Shown in pieces: positions 18,406 to 27,590 of a DNA stretch of 64,000 nt. Under the pieces are notes generated by a model. That model made no database searches and was not told the DNA's origin. It was given only the letters and a program-made list of their open reading frames with translations. Positions within the stretch are counted from its first letter, which is position 1. The number at the start of each line of letters is the position of its first letter. A program made the position numbers and the translations under genes. Location of the stretch: contig OZ245817.1 of assembly GCA_965228475.1 (NCBI GenBank), positions 1,760,001 through 1,824,000 of the forward strand, read 5' to 3'. Source of the DNA: Myxococcota bacterium. GTDB lineage: Bacteria > Myxococcota_A > UBA9160 > JAFDDA01.

Positions 18406-20072
18406 GAGGTCGAGCCTTCGGGCTCCGGGTCGCCCCAGAGCAGGCGCAGGCCTTCGAGCAGGATCCACACGTCGGCCGCCAGGATCACACTGCCGATTCC
18501 GAAGAGCAGCCAGCGGCCGTCGCTGAAGTAGCCGAACACCTCGCCCGTCATGGCGGCGAGGGTCGCGAAGGCCACCGCGATCATCGGCAGCACGGTGTAG
18601 ATCACGGGCTTGCCCTGCCGCTTCAGCCAGATCGAGACCACCAGCAGCGTGACGCCCGCCACGAGCTGGTTGGTCGTGCCGAACAGGGGCCACAGGATGA
18701 GTCCGCCCTTGCCGCCGGCCTGGGTGACGGCCAGCAGGAGCGCGGCGCCGATGCCGAGCGCCCCGGCCGCGAAGCGGTTCGTCAGGGTGCGGACGCCGTA
18801 GGAGGCGGCGAGCTCCGAGATCACCAGGCGCTGGATGCGCGCGCCGGTGTCGAGGGAGGTCGCGGCGAAGGCGATCACCATGACGGCGATGAAGGTCTTC
18901 GCCATCTCGAGGGGCAGGCCGAGGGAGGCGACGAAGCGCCCGCCGCCCGTGACGAAGGCATCGAGCTTCGGGCCGAGCCCGGAGGCGGCCGACCAGCTCG
19001 CGTAGTGCGTGGTCCATTCCGCCGAGCTCGCGAACCCGGCGGTCGAGGCGAGCACCGCGAGCAGCCCGAGGGTCCCTTCGCCGAGCATGCCGCCGTAGCC
19101 GATGGGGCGAGCGTCGGTCATGCAGGCCACCTGCTTCGAGGTCGTGCCCGAGGAGACGAGGCCGTGGAAGCCCGAGATCGCGCCGCAGGCGATCGTGATG
19201 AAGAGGAAGGGGATCATCGGCGGCGCCCCTTCCGGGTGCATCCGGATCATCGGGGCCTGGATCTCCGGCTGGAGGACGAGGAGCCCCACGAAGAGCAGGA
19301 CGAGCGCGGTGATCAGCTGGTGCGCGTTCAGGTAGTCGCGCGGCTGGAGGAGCAGCCAGACGGGGAGGACCGACGCGACGAAGGAGTAGAGCAGAAGCGT
19401 CCAGACCCAGGCTTCGACCGAGAGCCCGGCGATGGCCGGGAAGGCCTCGGCGAAGGCGTTGCCGTAGAAGACGGCGGCCATGAGCGCGGCGTAGGCCACC
19501 AGGGAAGGGAGGAAGATCGGCAGCCCGCGGCGCTTGACCAGCCAGCCGAGCAGGAGGGCGACGACGATCTGCACGTTGATCGGAAAGATCGCGCCCGGGT
19601 TGGCCTGGAAGAGGGTGCCGATGATGAAGGCGAACACGGCGAGCACGATCCAGATCAGGATCGAGATGATGAGCAGGAAGAGCGAGCGCACCCGGGGCGA
19701 GATCACGCCGCCGGCGATCTCGCCGATCGACCGGCCCTTGTTGCGCAGGCTGATCACGAGGGCCGAGAAGTCGTGCACCGCGCCCATGGCGACCGTGCCG
19801 ACCGTCACCCACACGAGGGCCGGCAGCCAGCCCCAGATGACCGCGAGCGCCGGCCCGACGATCGGCGCCGCCCCGGCGATCGAGGTGTAGTGGTGGCCCC
19901 AGAGGACGGACTTTCGTGTCGGCACGAAGTCGATGCCGTCCTCGAACTCGCGCGAGGGGACCCGCTCGGCCTCGGAGAGCGAGAAGACGTGGCGCGCGAG
20001 GAAGCGCGAGTAGAAGCGGTAGCCGACGGCGAAGACCGTCAGCACGAGTACGGCAAGGACGGCGGCGTTCAC
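18402..20072 (-). CDS. cstA: Carbon starvation protein A family transporter
   Basis: GHHYTSIAGAAPIVGP, LLQPRDYLN, ITIACGAISGFHGLVSSGTTSKQ, WPLFGTTNQL. Confidence 0.93.
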   Translation of the reverse strand: MNAAVLAVLVLTVFAVGYRFYSRFLARHVFSLSEAERVPSREFEDGIDFVPTRKSVLWGHHYTSIAGAAPIVGPALAVIWGWLPALVWVTVGTVAMGAVHDFSALVISLRNKGRSIGEIAGGVISPRVRSLFLLIISILIWIVLAVFAFIIGTLFQANPGAIFPINVQIVVALLLGWLVKRRGLPIFLPSLVAYAALMAAVFYGNAFAEAFPAIAGLSVEAWVWTLLLYSFVASVLPVWLLLQPRDYLNAHQLITALVLLFVGLLVLQPEIQAPMIRMHPEGAPPMIPFLFITIACGAISGFHGLVSSGTTSKQVACMTDARPIGYGGMLGEGTLGLLAVLASTAGFASSAEWTTHYASWSAASGLGPKLDAFVTGGGRFVASLGLPLEMAKTFIAVMVIAFAATSLDTGARIQRLVISELAASYGVRTLTNRFAAGALGIGAALLLAVTQAGGKGGLILWPLFGTTNQLVAGVTLLVVSIWLKRQGKPVIYTVLPMIAVAFATLAAMTGEVFGYFSDGRWLLFGIGSVILAADVWILLEGLRLLWGDPEPEGSTS

Positions 20073-20106
20073 GCGAGCGGTCCCGAGGCGAAGGGGAGGG
20101 CCGTGC

Positions 20107-21810
20107 TCATGCCAGCGAGCTCGGATCGAAGGAGACGTCGCCGGTGCCGCGCAGGAGGTTCTTCAGGATCTTGCCGGCCGGGTTGCGGGGCAGCGGATCG
20201 TCGATGAAGTCGACGATCTCCGGCACCTTGAAAGAGGCGAGGTGTCGCGCGACCTGCTTCTGGACCTCGCCCGGCGCGAGCGTGGAGCCCGGCACGCGCC
20301 GCACGATCGCCCTGACCCGCTCGCCGAACTCGGGATCCGGAACGCCCACGATGGCCGCTTCGTCGATCTCCGGGTGGTCGGCCAGGCAGTTCTCGATCTC
20401 GGTGCAGTACACGTTCTCGCCGCCGCGGATGATCATGTCCTTGGCCCGGTCGACCACGAAGAAGAAGCCGTCGGCGTCGCGGTAGGCGAGGTCGCCGGTG
20501 TGGAGCCAGCCTTCGCGCACGGCCTCGGCGCTCGCCTCGGGCCGGTTCCAGTAGCCGGGCGTCACGAGCGGGCCGAAGATGCAGAGCTCGCCGAGCTGGC
20601 CGTCGGCCACGGGCTCGCCGTCCTCGCCGATCACCTTCATGTCGAGGAGCGGCATCGGGCGGCCGATCGAGGTCTTCTTCTCGAGCAGGTCCTTGCCGCC
20701 GTTCAGGGTCGCGACGCCGTGGGTCTCGGTCAGGCCGTAGGCGTTCGCGAAGCTCGGCTCGACCGGGAGCACCTCGCGGGCCTTGTCGATCGTCTCCGGG
20801 GGAGTCGGCGCGCCGCCGAAGGAGATCCGGGTCAGGCTCGAGAGGTCGTAGTCGCCGACCTTCGGGTGGTGCACGACCCGGTGGAGCATGGTCGGGATCG
20901 CGCCCCAGGCGGAGATCCGTTCCCGCTCGATCAGGGACATCACCTGCTCCGCGTCGAACTTCCCCTCGGTGAAGACCATCTTGGCGCCGGCGGTGATCGC
21001 CGTGCAAAGGCCGGAGTGGAGGCCGCCCACGTGGAAGAGGGGGGAGGTCAGGAGGCTCGCCGTCTGGCTGCCGTCGGCAGGGATCGGCGAGGCACCGCCG
21101 AGCGAGGCCGCCACGATCCCGGAGAACACGAGGCCCGTGACCTGGGCGATCGTCCCGCGGTGGGTCGTGATGCAGCCCTTCGGCCGGCCCGTCGTGCCCG
21201 AGGTGTAGAGAAGGATGAAGGGGTCGTCTTCCTCGATCGGGCCGTCCGGCGGGGTCTCCGTCGGTTCGAGCAGCTCGGCGATCGGGATCGTGCCGGGCGG
21301 CGGGGAGTCGCCGATGAAGAAGATCTTCTCGAGGGTCGGGAGCTTTCCGACCAGCGGCTCGACGCGCGGGTAGAGCCGTTCGTCGACGACCAGGAAGCGG
21401 CTCCCGGAATCGCTGATTCCGTACTCGATCTCCTCGGAGGTCCACCAGCCGTTCAGCCCGACGCCGATCGCGCCCATCGCCGTGGCGCCGAAAAGCGAGA
21501 GGATCCAATCGGGCGAGTTGTAGGCGAGCACCGCCAGGCGGTCGCCGCGCTCGAGCCCGTGGCCGGCCAGGGCCTTGGCGGCGCCGAAGCAGCGCCGCGT
21601 CGTCTCGGCGTAGGAGATGCGCCGGGCTCCCTGGACGAAGCAATCGACGTCGCCGCGCAGGCCCGCGTTGGCGATCTTCTCGCGCATGGAACGCTCGCGG
21701 TTCTTGAAGACCCGCATCGCGTGCCCGCGCACGGTCTCGGTGACGATCTCGAAGGGCGCGCCCGCCCCGGTGAGGCCCGCTACTACCTGGTCGTAAGTCG
21801 GCTCGGCCAT
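20107..21810 (-). CDS. Class I adenylate-forming enzyme (acyl-CoA ligase)
   Basis: YTSGTTGRPKG, YGLTET, WLHTGD, DRAKDMIIRGGENVY, PRNPAGKILK. Confidence 0.93.
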   Translation of the reverse strand: MAEPTYDQVVAGLTGAGAPFEIVTETVRGHAMRVFKNRERSMREKIANAGLRGDVDCFVQGARRISYAETTRRCFGAAKALAGHGLERGDRLAVLAYNSPDWILSLFGATAMGAIGVGLNGWWTSEEIEYGISDSGSRFLVVDERLYPRVEPLVGKLPTLEKIFFIGDSPPPGTIPIAELLEPTETPPDGPIEEDDPFILLYTSGTTGRPKGCITTHRGTIAQVTGLVFSGIVAASLGGASPIPADGSQTASLLTSPLFHVGGLHSGLCTAITAGAKMVFTEGKFDAEQVMSLIERERISAWGAIPTMLHRVVHHPKVGDYDLSSLTRISFGGAPTPPETIDKAREVLPVEPSFANAYGLTETHGVATLNGGKDLLEKKTSIGRPMPLLDMKVIGEDGEPVADGQLGELCIFGPLVTPGYWNRPEASAEAVREGWLHTGDLAYRDADGFFFVVDRAKDMIIRGGENVYCTEIENCLADHPEIDEAAIVGVPDPEFGERVRAIVRRVPGSTLAPGEVQKQVARHLASFKVPEIVDFIDDPLPRNPAGKILKNLLRGTGDVSFDPSSLA

Positions 21811-21860
21811 GCGGGCCGCAGCATAACGGAAATCGGGAGCGGCCAGAGAGGCTCGGGGCG

Positions 21861-23189
21861 CTAGAGCGGCCGGGCTTCCGCTCCTTCTTCGCGGTTCAGG
21901 CCGTCGGCCATCCACAGGGCATCGAAGAGCGGGAGCCGCCCTTCGGGCTCGAGCTCCTCGAAGCGGCCGTTGATCTGGAGCGCGAGCCCGCCCCAGAGGA
22001 AGCGGAACGCGTAGGCGAGCGAATCGGTCGAGAGGGCGATCTGGCAGGCGTCGCGCCGGGCGTCGAGCGGGAGGAGCCCGCGCTGGAGGTCGAAGCGCAC
22101 GGCCCGGTCGAGGTCGTTCAGCCAGATCCGGGCCGGCTCCGTGTGGAGGAGGCCGAGCTGGATCAGGCTGACGAGCTTTCCGGCGGGGCCCGGCCGGACG
22201 GCCTGCTGGTAGCGCGCGTTCATCCGCGCCATGCGCAGGCGCAGGCGGAAGTCGCTGATCTCTCCGTTCACGCGGTGGCGGAAGCGGTCGGCCGCCTCCT
22301 GGAGCTCCTGGATCGGGACCGTCTCGCTCCGGAAGCGCTCGCGGTGGGCAAGGGAGTCGTAGTCGGCCTGGTACTGCGCGAGCGAGGCCGCGTTGTCCCA
22401 GGGCTCCTCGACGTTCCAGGCGTCGCCGGGGTAGAGCACGACGGGGGTTCCGCCGCCCGCTTCCACCGCGGCCGCCACGTCTCCGACGCGGTTGCTCACG
22501 TCGTTCATGTAGTCGTTCTCTTCGTGGCAGAACCAGACGAAGCTCGCGAAGGGGACGAGCGCGCGCGGCTCGAACACTCGGGATTGCAGGACGGTGCGTT
22601 CGAGCATGTTCCGGGCGCCGGCCTTCCGCCGCTCGAACTCGCCCGGGTTGCCGTTCCAGCCCGCGATCGAGAACTGGGTGAGGAGGACGTCGACCGGGCC
22701 GAGCCGCCCGCGGAGGCCCTCCATCTCCTCCCGCGAGTTGACGAGGCAGTCGTTCAGGTTGAGGGCGCGCTGTCCGCCGGCTTCGACCCAGAGCCACGAG
22801 TCGTCCGAGTGATCCCAGCGGGCGCAGCGGATCACGAAGCCCGGGGCCAGCTCGACCGGGGTGTCCGCCGGGAGCTCGCGCGTGCGGAAGCCCTGCTTCT
22901 CGCAGTAGCGGACGACCTTCTTGTCCTCGCTCTCGTGGAAGAGGATCTCGATCTCCCCGCGCCGCTCCTTCGGGACCATGCCCAGGCAGCGCGGGCTGAA
23001 GTGGTCGGGGTGCTCGTGGGAGTACCAGATGTGGGTCACGCGCTCGAAATCCGCTGCGCCGAAGCGGGTTTCCGACAACAAGGCCCAGGAGTCGTTGAAG
23101 GAGGTGCCGTGCAGCCAGGGGTCGCAGAGGAGCCGCACGCCGCCGTGGGAGAAGATCAGCGAGGCATGGTTCACGAACTCGATCTGCAT
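21861..23189 (-). CDS. Metallo-beta-lactamase-fold protein (UlaG / CMP-Neu5Ac hydroxylase C-domain-like)
   Basis: FVNHAS, DPWLHGTSFNDSW, SHEHPDHF, LNLNDC, PFASFVWFCHEENDYMN. Confidence 0.8.
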   Translation of the reverse strand: MQIEFVNHASLIFSHGGVRLLCDPWLHGTSFNDSWALLSETRFGAADFERVTHIWYSHEHPDHFSPRCLGMVPKERRGEIEILFHESEDKKVVRYCEKQGFRTRELPADTPVELAPGFVIRCARWDHSDDSWLWVEAGGQRALNLNDCLVNSREEMEGLRGRLGPVDVLLTQFSIAGWNGNPGEFERRKAGARNMLERTVLQSRVFEPRALVPFASFVWFCHEENDYMNDVSNRVGDVAAAVEAGGGTPVVLYPGDAWNVEEPWDNAASLAQYQADYDSLAHRERFRSETVPIQELQEAADRFRHRVNGEISDFRLRLRMARMNARYQQAVRPGPAGKLVSLIQLGLLHTEPARIWLNDLDRAVRFDLQRGLLPLDARRDACQIALSTDSLAYAFRFLWGGLALQINGRFEELEPEGRLPLFDALWMADGLNREEGAEARPL

Positions 23190-23289
23190 GGGGCCCCTGG
23201 CGCGGTTGCGCCCGTAGGTTCGTGGACCGGCGCCGGTTCTGCCAGGGAAGTGCCGCACCGATCGCACCCGGAAAGTGCGCCGCGGCGGG

Positions 23290-24885
23290 CTAGGGCAACG
23301 CCGGCGGGACCGAGAGCGGCCCGCCCGGGCCGAGCGCGAAGCCGGCCCCGATCCACACCACCAGCATCACCAGCCAGGCGGCGGTGAAGGCGATGGCGTA
23401 GGGCAGCATCAGGGCGACGAGCGTGCCGATCCCCGAGGCCGGCGCGTGACGCCGCATGAAGACGAGCAGGATCACCATGTACGGATTCAGCGGGGTGATC
23501 ACGTTCGAGACGGAGTCGCCGACCCGGTACGCCACCTGGGTGAGCTCCGGGCTCACGCCGACGGCCATGAACATGGGTACGAAGACCGGCGCGAAGAACG
23601 CGTACTTCGCCGACATGGAGCCGATGAAGAGGTTCCCGAGCGCCACGAGTCCGACGAAGGCGACCATCAGGGCCGAACTCGGGAGCGCGGCCTGCACCAG
23701 GATCTCCCCGCCCCGGATGGCGAGCATCTCGCCGAGCCCCGTATAGGCGAACCACGCGATGAACTGCGCGGCGAAGAAGGCGAGCACGATGTAGGAGCCC
23801 ATGCCCGACATGGTCTCGGCCATCATGCGGGAGACGTCGCGGTCGCTCCGGATCTCCCCGGTGCTCGCGCCGTAGACGATGCCGGGCACGAGGAACCCGA
23901 GGAAGAGCAGGGGCACGATCACCGGGATCCAGCGGGGCGGGCTGCCTTCGGCGGCATGGAGCGGGGCGCCGGGGATCCAGGTGGCCGCGGCGAAGACGGC
24001 GAGGGTCGCGGCCAGGCCCGCGACCGCCCGGCGCAGGGCGCGGCGCTGCTCGTCCGTCAGGCGCTGGGCTTCGAGCGCTGCGTCGTCGACCGGTGCGGGG
24101 CCGCCCGCCTCCGCGGAGCGGCCCTGCCAGCGGGGCTCCACCCAGAGGGCCGTCACCGCCCAGCCGACCCCCGTCAGCAGGAAGGTCGAGGCGATCATGA
24201 ACCACCAGTTCGCGCTGGCCGCGACCTGGTAGGTGGGGTCGCGCAGGCGCGCGGCGGCGGTGGAGAACTCGGCGAGCATCGGGTCGAGGCCGGTGATGAA
24301 GAGGTTCGCGCTGAAGCCCGCCGAGACCCCGGCGAAGACGATCCCGAGACCGACCAGCGGCGAACGCCCGACCGCGCCGTAGAGGGCCGCCGCCAGCGGC
24401 GGGAGCACGACGTACCCCGCATCGATCCCCATGGACGACATGACGCCGAGGAACATCAGCGTGGGAGCGAGCAGCCATTCCGGCACCGAGAGCATGGCCG
24501 AGCGGAGGAGGGCGCCGATGAAGCCGCTGCGCTCCGCGACGCCGATCCCGAGCAGGCCCACCAGCACCACGCCGAGGGGCGGGAACTGGACGAAGTTCTT
24601 CACGAGGTTCTGGAGCGCCCAGTAGACCCCGTCGGCCGAGAGCAGGCTCCTGGCGCCCACCGCCACGCGCACGAGTTCGCCGTCCTGGGTGACGGTCTTC
24701 TCGACCTGCCAGCCGGCGCTGGCGGCGATGGCGGAGAGGGCGGCGACGCCGAGGGCGCCCAGCAGGAACAGGGTCGCCGGGTCGGGGAGGGCGTTGCCGA
24801 GGCGTTCGATCGCGCCCAGGAAGCCGCGGGGCCGGGCGTCGTCCCCGGCCGGTCCGGGCGGGTCGCTGGCCGGGTCAACCGCCAC
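23290..24885 (-). CDS. AbgT family transporter
   Basis: IERLGNALPDP, FAGVSAGFSAN, LAFFAAQF, YRVGDSVSNVITPLNPY. Confidence 0.93.
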   Translation of the reverse strand: MAVDPASDPPGPAGDDARPRGFLGAIERLGNALPDPATLFLLGALGVAALSAIAASAGWQVEKTVTQDGELVRVAVGARSLLSADGVYWALQNLVKNFVQFPPLGVVLVGLLGIGVAERSGFIGALLRSAMLSVPEWLLAPTLMFLGVMSSMGIDAGYVVLPPLAAALYGAVGRSPLVGLGIVFAGVSAGFSANLFITGLDPMLAEFSTAAARLRDPTYQVAASANWWFMIASTFLLTGVGWAVTALWVEPRWQGRSAEAGGPAPVDDAALEAQRLTDEQRRALRRAVAGLAATLAVFAAATWIPGAPLHAAEGSPPRWIPVIVPLLFLGFLVPGIVYGASTGEIRSDRDVSRMMAETMSGMGSYIVLAFFAAQFIAWFAYTGLGEMLAIRGGEILVQAALPSSALMVAFVGLVALGNLFIGSMSAKYAFFAPVFVPMFMAVGVSPELTQVAYRVGDSVSNVITPLNPYMVILLVFMRRHAPASGIGTLVALMLPYAIAFTAAWLVMLVVWIGAGFALGPGGPLSVPPALP

Positions 24886-25360
24886 GCTTCTTCCCCCATC
24901 GCTCCCGCAGGCGGTCTTCCCGGGCGAGGAGCCACGGGGAGATCGCGACGCCGAGCAGGCCTCCGAAGGTATCGAGCACCACGTCGAGCCACTCGCCGCT
25001 TCGCACGGTGAGGAAGGATTGCCGGAGTTCGTCGGCCGCCGCCACCACGATGACGAGTCCGAGGGCGGGGAGGGCGGCGTCCCAGAAGGAGATCCCCGGG
25101 CGCATCCGGTCCATGGCCCGGAAGGTGAGGATGGCCGTCACGCCGTACTCGAACACGTGCGCGCACTTGCGGATGTAGAACATGAGCCCGCGGATCTCCC
25201 AGGGCTTCCACTCCGGGAGGAGCCACTCGAGGAACGGGCCGAGGAAGCGGGAGGTCTGCTCGGAGCTGAATCCGGCGCCGCCGAGGGCGAAGATGAGCAG
25301 GAGCCAGAGCCCGACCGGAACCCACGGGAGCAAACGATGTCGGTCGAGGCGCTTCGGCAC
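24875..25360 (-). CDS. VanZ family membrane protein
   Basis: FSSEQTSRF, IRKCAHVFEYG, DELRQSFLTVRSG, DVVLDTFG. Confidence 0.88.
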   Translation of the reverse strand: MPKRLDRHRLLPWVPVGLWLLLIFALGGAGFSSEQTSRFLGPFLEWLLPEWKPWEIRGLMFYIRKCAHVFEYGVTAILTFRAMDRMRPGISFWDAALPALGLVIVVAAADELRQSFLTVRSGEWLDVVLDTFGGLLGVAISPWLLAREDRLRERWGKKRGG

Positions 25361-25420
25361 GGCGGGCGAACGTAGCAAGCCGCCGCCCCTGGACGGGTCG
25401 AGCGGGATAGGATCTCGAGC

Positions 25421-26419
25421 ATGGGAACCCGCCGGATCGGTCTCGTCTACGACGTCTTCGGGAGCTATCCCGCGCGCCCGGGCGCTCCGGCCGACGCGGA
25501 GGCCGAGTACGAGCCCGAGGCCACGGTCGCCGCTCTGGCGGGCGCCATCGAGCGGCTCGGCCACGTGCCCGTGCGCCTGGGCAACGCCCACGCCCTGCTC
25601 GCCGCAGGGGGCCGCACGGAGCTCCCGGCGCTCGATGCGGCCCTCGCCATCAGCGAAGGCTTCGGGACGCGCAACCGGGAAGCCTGGGCCCCGGTGCTCC
25701 TCGACATGCTCGAAGTTCCGGCGCTCGGCTCCGACGCGCTCTCGCTGTCGCTCTCGCTCGACAAGGCGTGGACCAAGGACGTCGTGGGCGCCGCCGGGGT
25801 CCCGGTCACGGCGCAGTGCTCGCTCGCGAGTTCCCGCGAGATCGAAAAGGCGAGCCTTCCCGGACCCTTTCCGCTCTTCGTGAAACCTCGCTGGGAAGGC
25901 ACGGCCAAGGGCATCGACGCCGGGGCCCGGGTCGAGGACGAGGCGGCGCTGGCCCGGCGCGTCGACGAGGTCGCCGCCCGCTACGGGCAGCCGGCGCTGG
26001 TCGAACCGTTCCTGCCCGGGGCCGAGTACACCGTCACCGTCGTCGGGCACGACCCGCCGCGCGCCCTCCCGGTGCTCCAGCGCGCCCTCGAGCGCGCGAG
26101 CGGGATCGGCCTGCACGCCGTCGAGGGCGAAGGCGACGCCCTCGACCACCACGCCCCCGGCGACCTCGACGCCGCGCTCGAAGAGGAACTCGCGGCCCTG
26201 GCGCTCCGCGCCTTCGAGGCGCTCGCCTGCCGCGACTTCGCCCGCGCGGACTTCAAGCTCGATGCCGCGGGCCGGCCCTTCTTCCTCGAGATCAATCCGC
26301 TCCCGACCTTCGCGCCGGACGGCTCCTTCGGGATCCTGGCGGAGCTCGAGGGCCGCCCGCTCGAAGCGCTCCTGGCCGACGTGCTCGGCGAGGGGCTGCG
26401 ACGCCTCGGCCTCGCATAG
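25421..26419 (+). CDS. D-Ala-D-Ala ligase-like ATP-grasp protein (atypical)
   Basis: EGFGTRNREA, LGSD...LDKAWTK, FVKPRWEGTAKGI, RADFK, LEINPLPTF. Confidence 0.88.
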   Translation: MGTRRIGLVYDVFGSYPARPGAPADAEAEYEPEATVAALAGAIERLGHVPVRLGNAHALLAAGGRTELPALDAALAISEGFGTRNREAWAPVLLDMLEVPALGSDALSLSLSLDKAWTKDVVGAAGVPVTAQCSLASSREIEKASLPGPFPLFVKPRWEGTAKGIDAGARVEDEAALARRVDEVAARYGQPALVEPFLPGAEYTVTVVGHDPPRALPVLQRALERASGIGLHAVEGEGDALDHHAPGDLDAALEEELAALALRAFEALACRDFARADFKLDAAGRPFFLEINPLPTFAPDGSFGILAELEGRPLEALLADVLGEGLRRLGLA

Positions 26420-26486
26420 CCCGCCGGGCTCCGGGCCCGGGGGTGCCGCGGGAGCCGGACCCGCCCAGCCGTTATCTTCGGGCCCC

Positions 26487-27590
26487 ATGCCCGCCGAGCG
26501 AGCCGACGCGAACCGCCCCGAGTGGCGCGACTGGACCTGGCAGATGCGCCACCGCGTGCGCAGCGCGGAGGATCTCGCGCGCTTCGTCGCACCCGATCCG
26601 GACGAGGTCCGGGCGGTCGCGGCCCTGGCGGATCGCTTCCGCTTCGTGATCACGCCCTACTACGCGAGCCTCATGGACCCCGAGGACCCCGCGTGTCCGA
26701 TCCGCCGCCAGGTCGTCCCGCGTACGGCCGAGCTCGACGACCCGGCCGGCCTGGCGGACCCTCTCGACGAAGTCGCGCACTCGCCGGTGAAGAACGTGAT
26801 CCGCGTCTACCCGGACCGCATCGCCTTCTGCGTGAACAACGAGTGCGCGCTCTACTGCCGCTACTGCCTGCGCAAACGCATGGTCGGCGACGAAGACTGG
26901 ACGATGCGCCGGGCCGAGCTCTCCGAGGCCCTTGCGTGGATCCGCGAAACCCCGGCCATCCGCGACGTCCTGCTGACCGGCGGCGACCCCCTGGTCTTCT
27001 CCGACGATCGCCTCGGCTGGCTGCTCGGCGAGCTGCGGGCGATCCCGCACGTCGAGATCATCCGGCTCGGGACGCGGCTCCCCGTGACCCTCCCGTTCCG
27101 CGTGACCGACGATCTCTGCCGGCTGCTCGCGGAGCACCACCCGGTCTGGCTGAACACCCACTTCAATCATCCCCGCGAGCTCACGCCGGAGGCCGCGGAG
27201 GCCTGCGACAAGCTCACCCGCGCCGGCGTCCCGGTCGGCAACCAGAGCGTCCTCCTGCGCGGCATCAACGACGACACGGCGACCATGAAGGCGCTCTGCG
27301 AAGGCCTCGTCCGCATGCGCGTGCGGCCCTACTACTGCTATCAGGCGCAGCTCCTCGAGGGGACGGGCCACTTCCGCGTGCCGATCGAGGAGGGCATGGC
27401 GCTCTTCCGCGAGATGCGGGGCCGGACGAGCGGCTTCGCGATTCCGCTCTACGTGCTCGACACGCCCTACGGAAAGGTCCCGCTGACCCACCCCCACGTG
27501 CGCGGCCGCGAGGGCGACGACGTCGTGGTCGAGACCTACGAGGGCAAGCTCTGGCGGGAACCGAACCCGTTGGACGAGACGGCCGGTTGA
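26487..27590 (+). CDS. KamA-family radical SAM/PLP 2,3-aminomutase
   Basis: WRDWTWQ, ITPYY, CALYCRYCLRKR, LLTGGDPL, IRLGTRLP, HFNHPRE, NQSVLLRGIND, DTPYGK. Confidence 0.93.
   Translation: MPAERADANRPEWRDWTWQMRHRVRSAEDLARFVAPDPDEVRAVAALADRFRFVITPYYASLMDPEDPACPIRRQVVPRTAELDDPAGLADPLDEVAHSPVKNVIRVYPDRIAFCVNNECALYCRYCLRKRMVGDEDWTMRRAELSEALAWIRETPAIRDVLLTGGDPLVFSDDRLGWLLGELRAIPHVEIIRLGTRLPVTLPFRVTDDLCRLLAEHHPVWLNTHFNHPRELTPEAAEACDKLTRAGVPVGNQSVLLRGINDDTATMKALCEGLVRMRVRPYYCYQAQLLEGTGHFRVPIEEGMALFREMRGRTSGFAIPLYVLDTPYGKVPLTHPHVRGREGDDVVVETYEGKLWREPNPLDETAG

Noticed and set aside
20107..22797. Apparent long N-terminal extensions or fusions in the ORF track (also 8117-9481, 9837-11732, 26522-29131, 28102-32715, 53363-55753, 57000-58877)
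   Set aside because: Upstream parts overlap other real genes in another frame; true starts are internal.
26487..27590. Calling the aminomutase epmB or kamA
   Set aside because: No efp/epmA or lysine-fermentation context, and a substrate-binding Asp is replaced.
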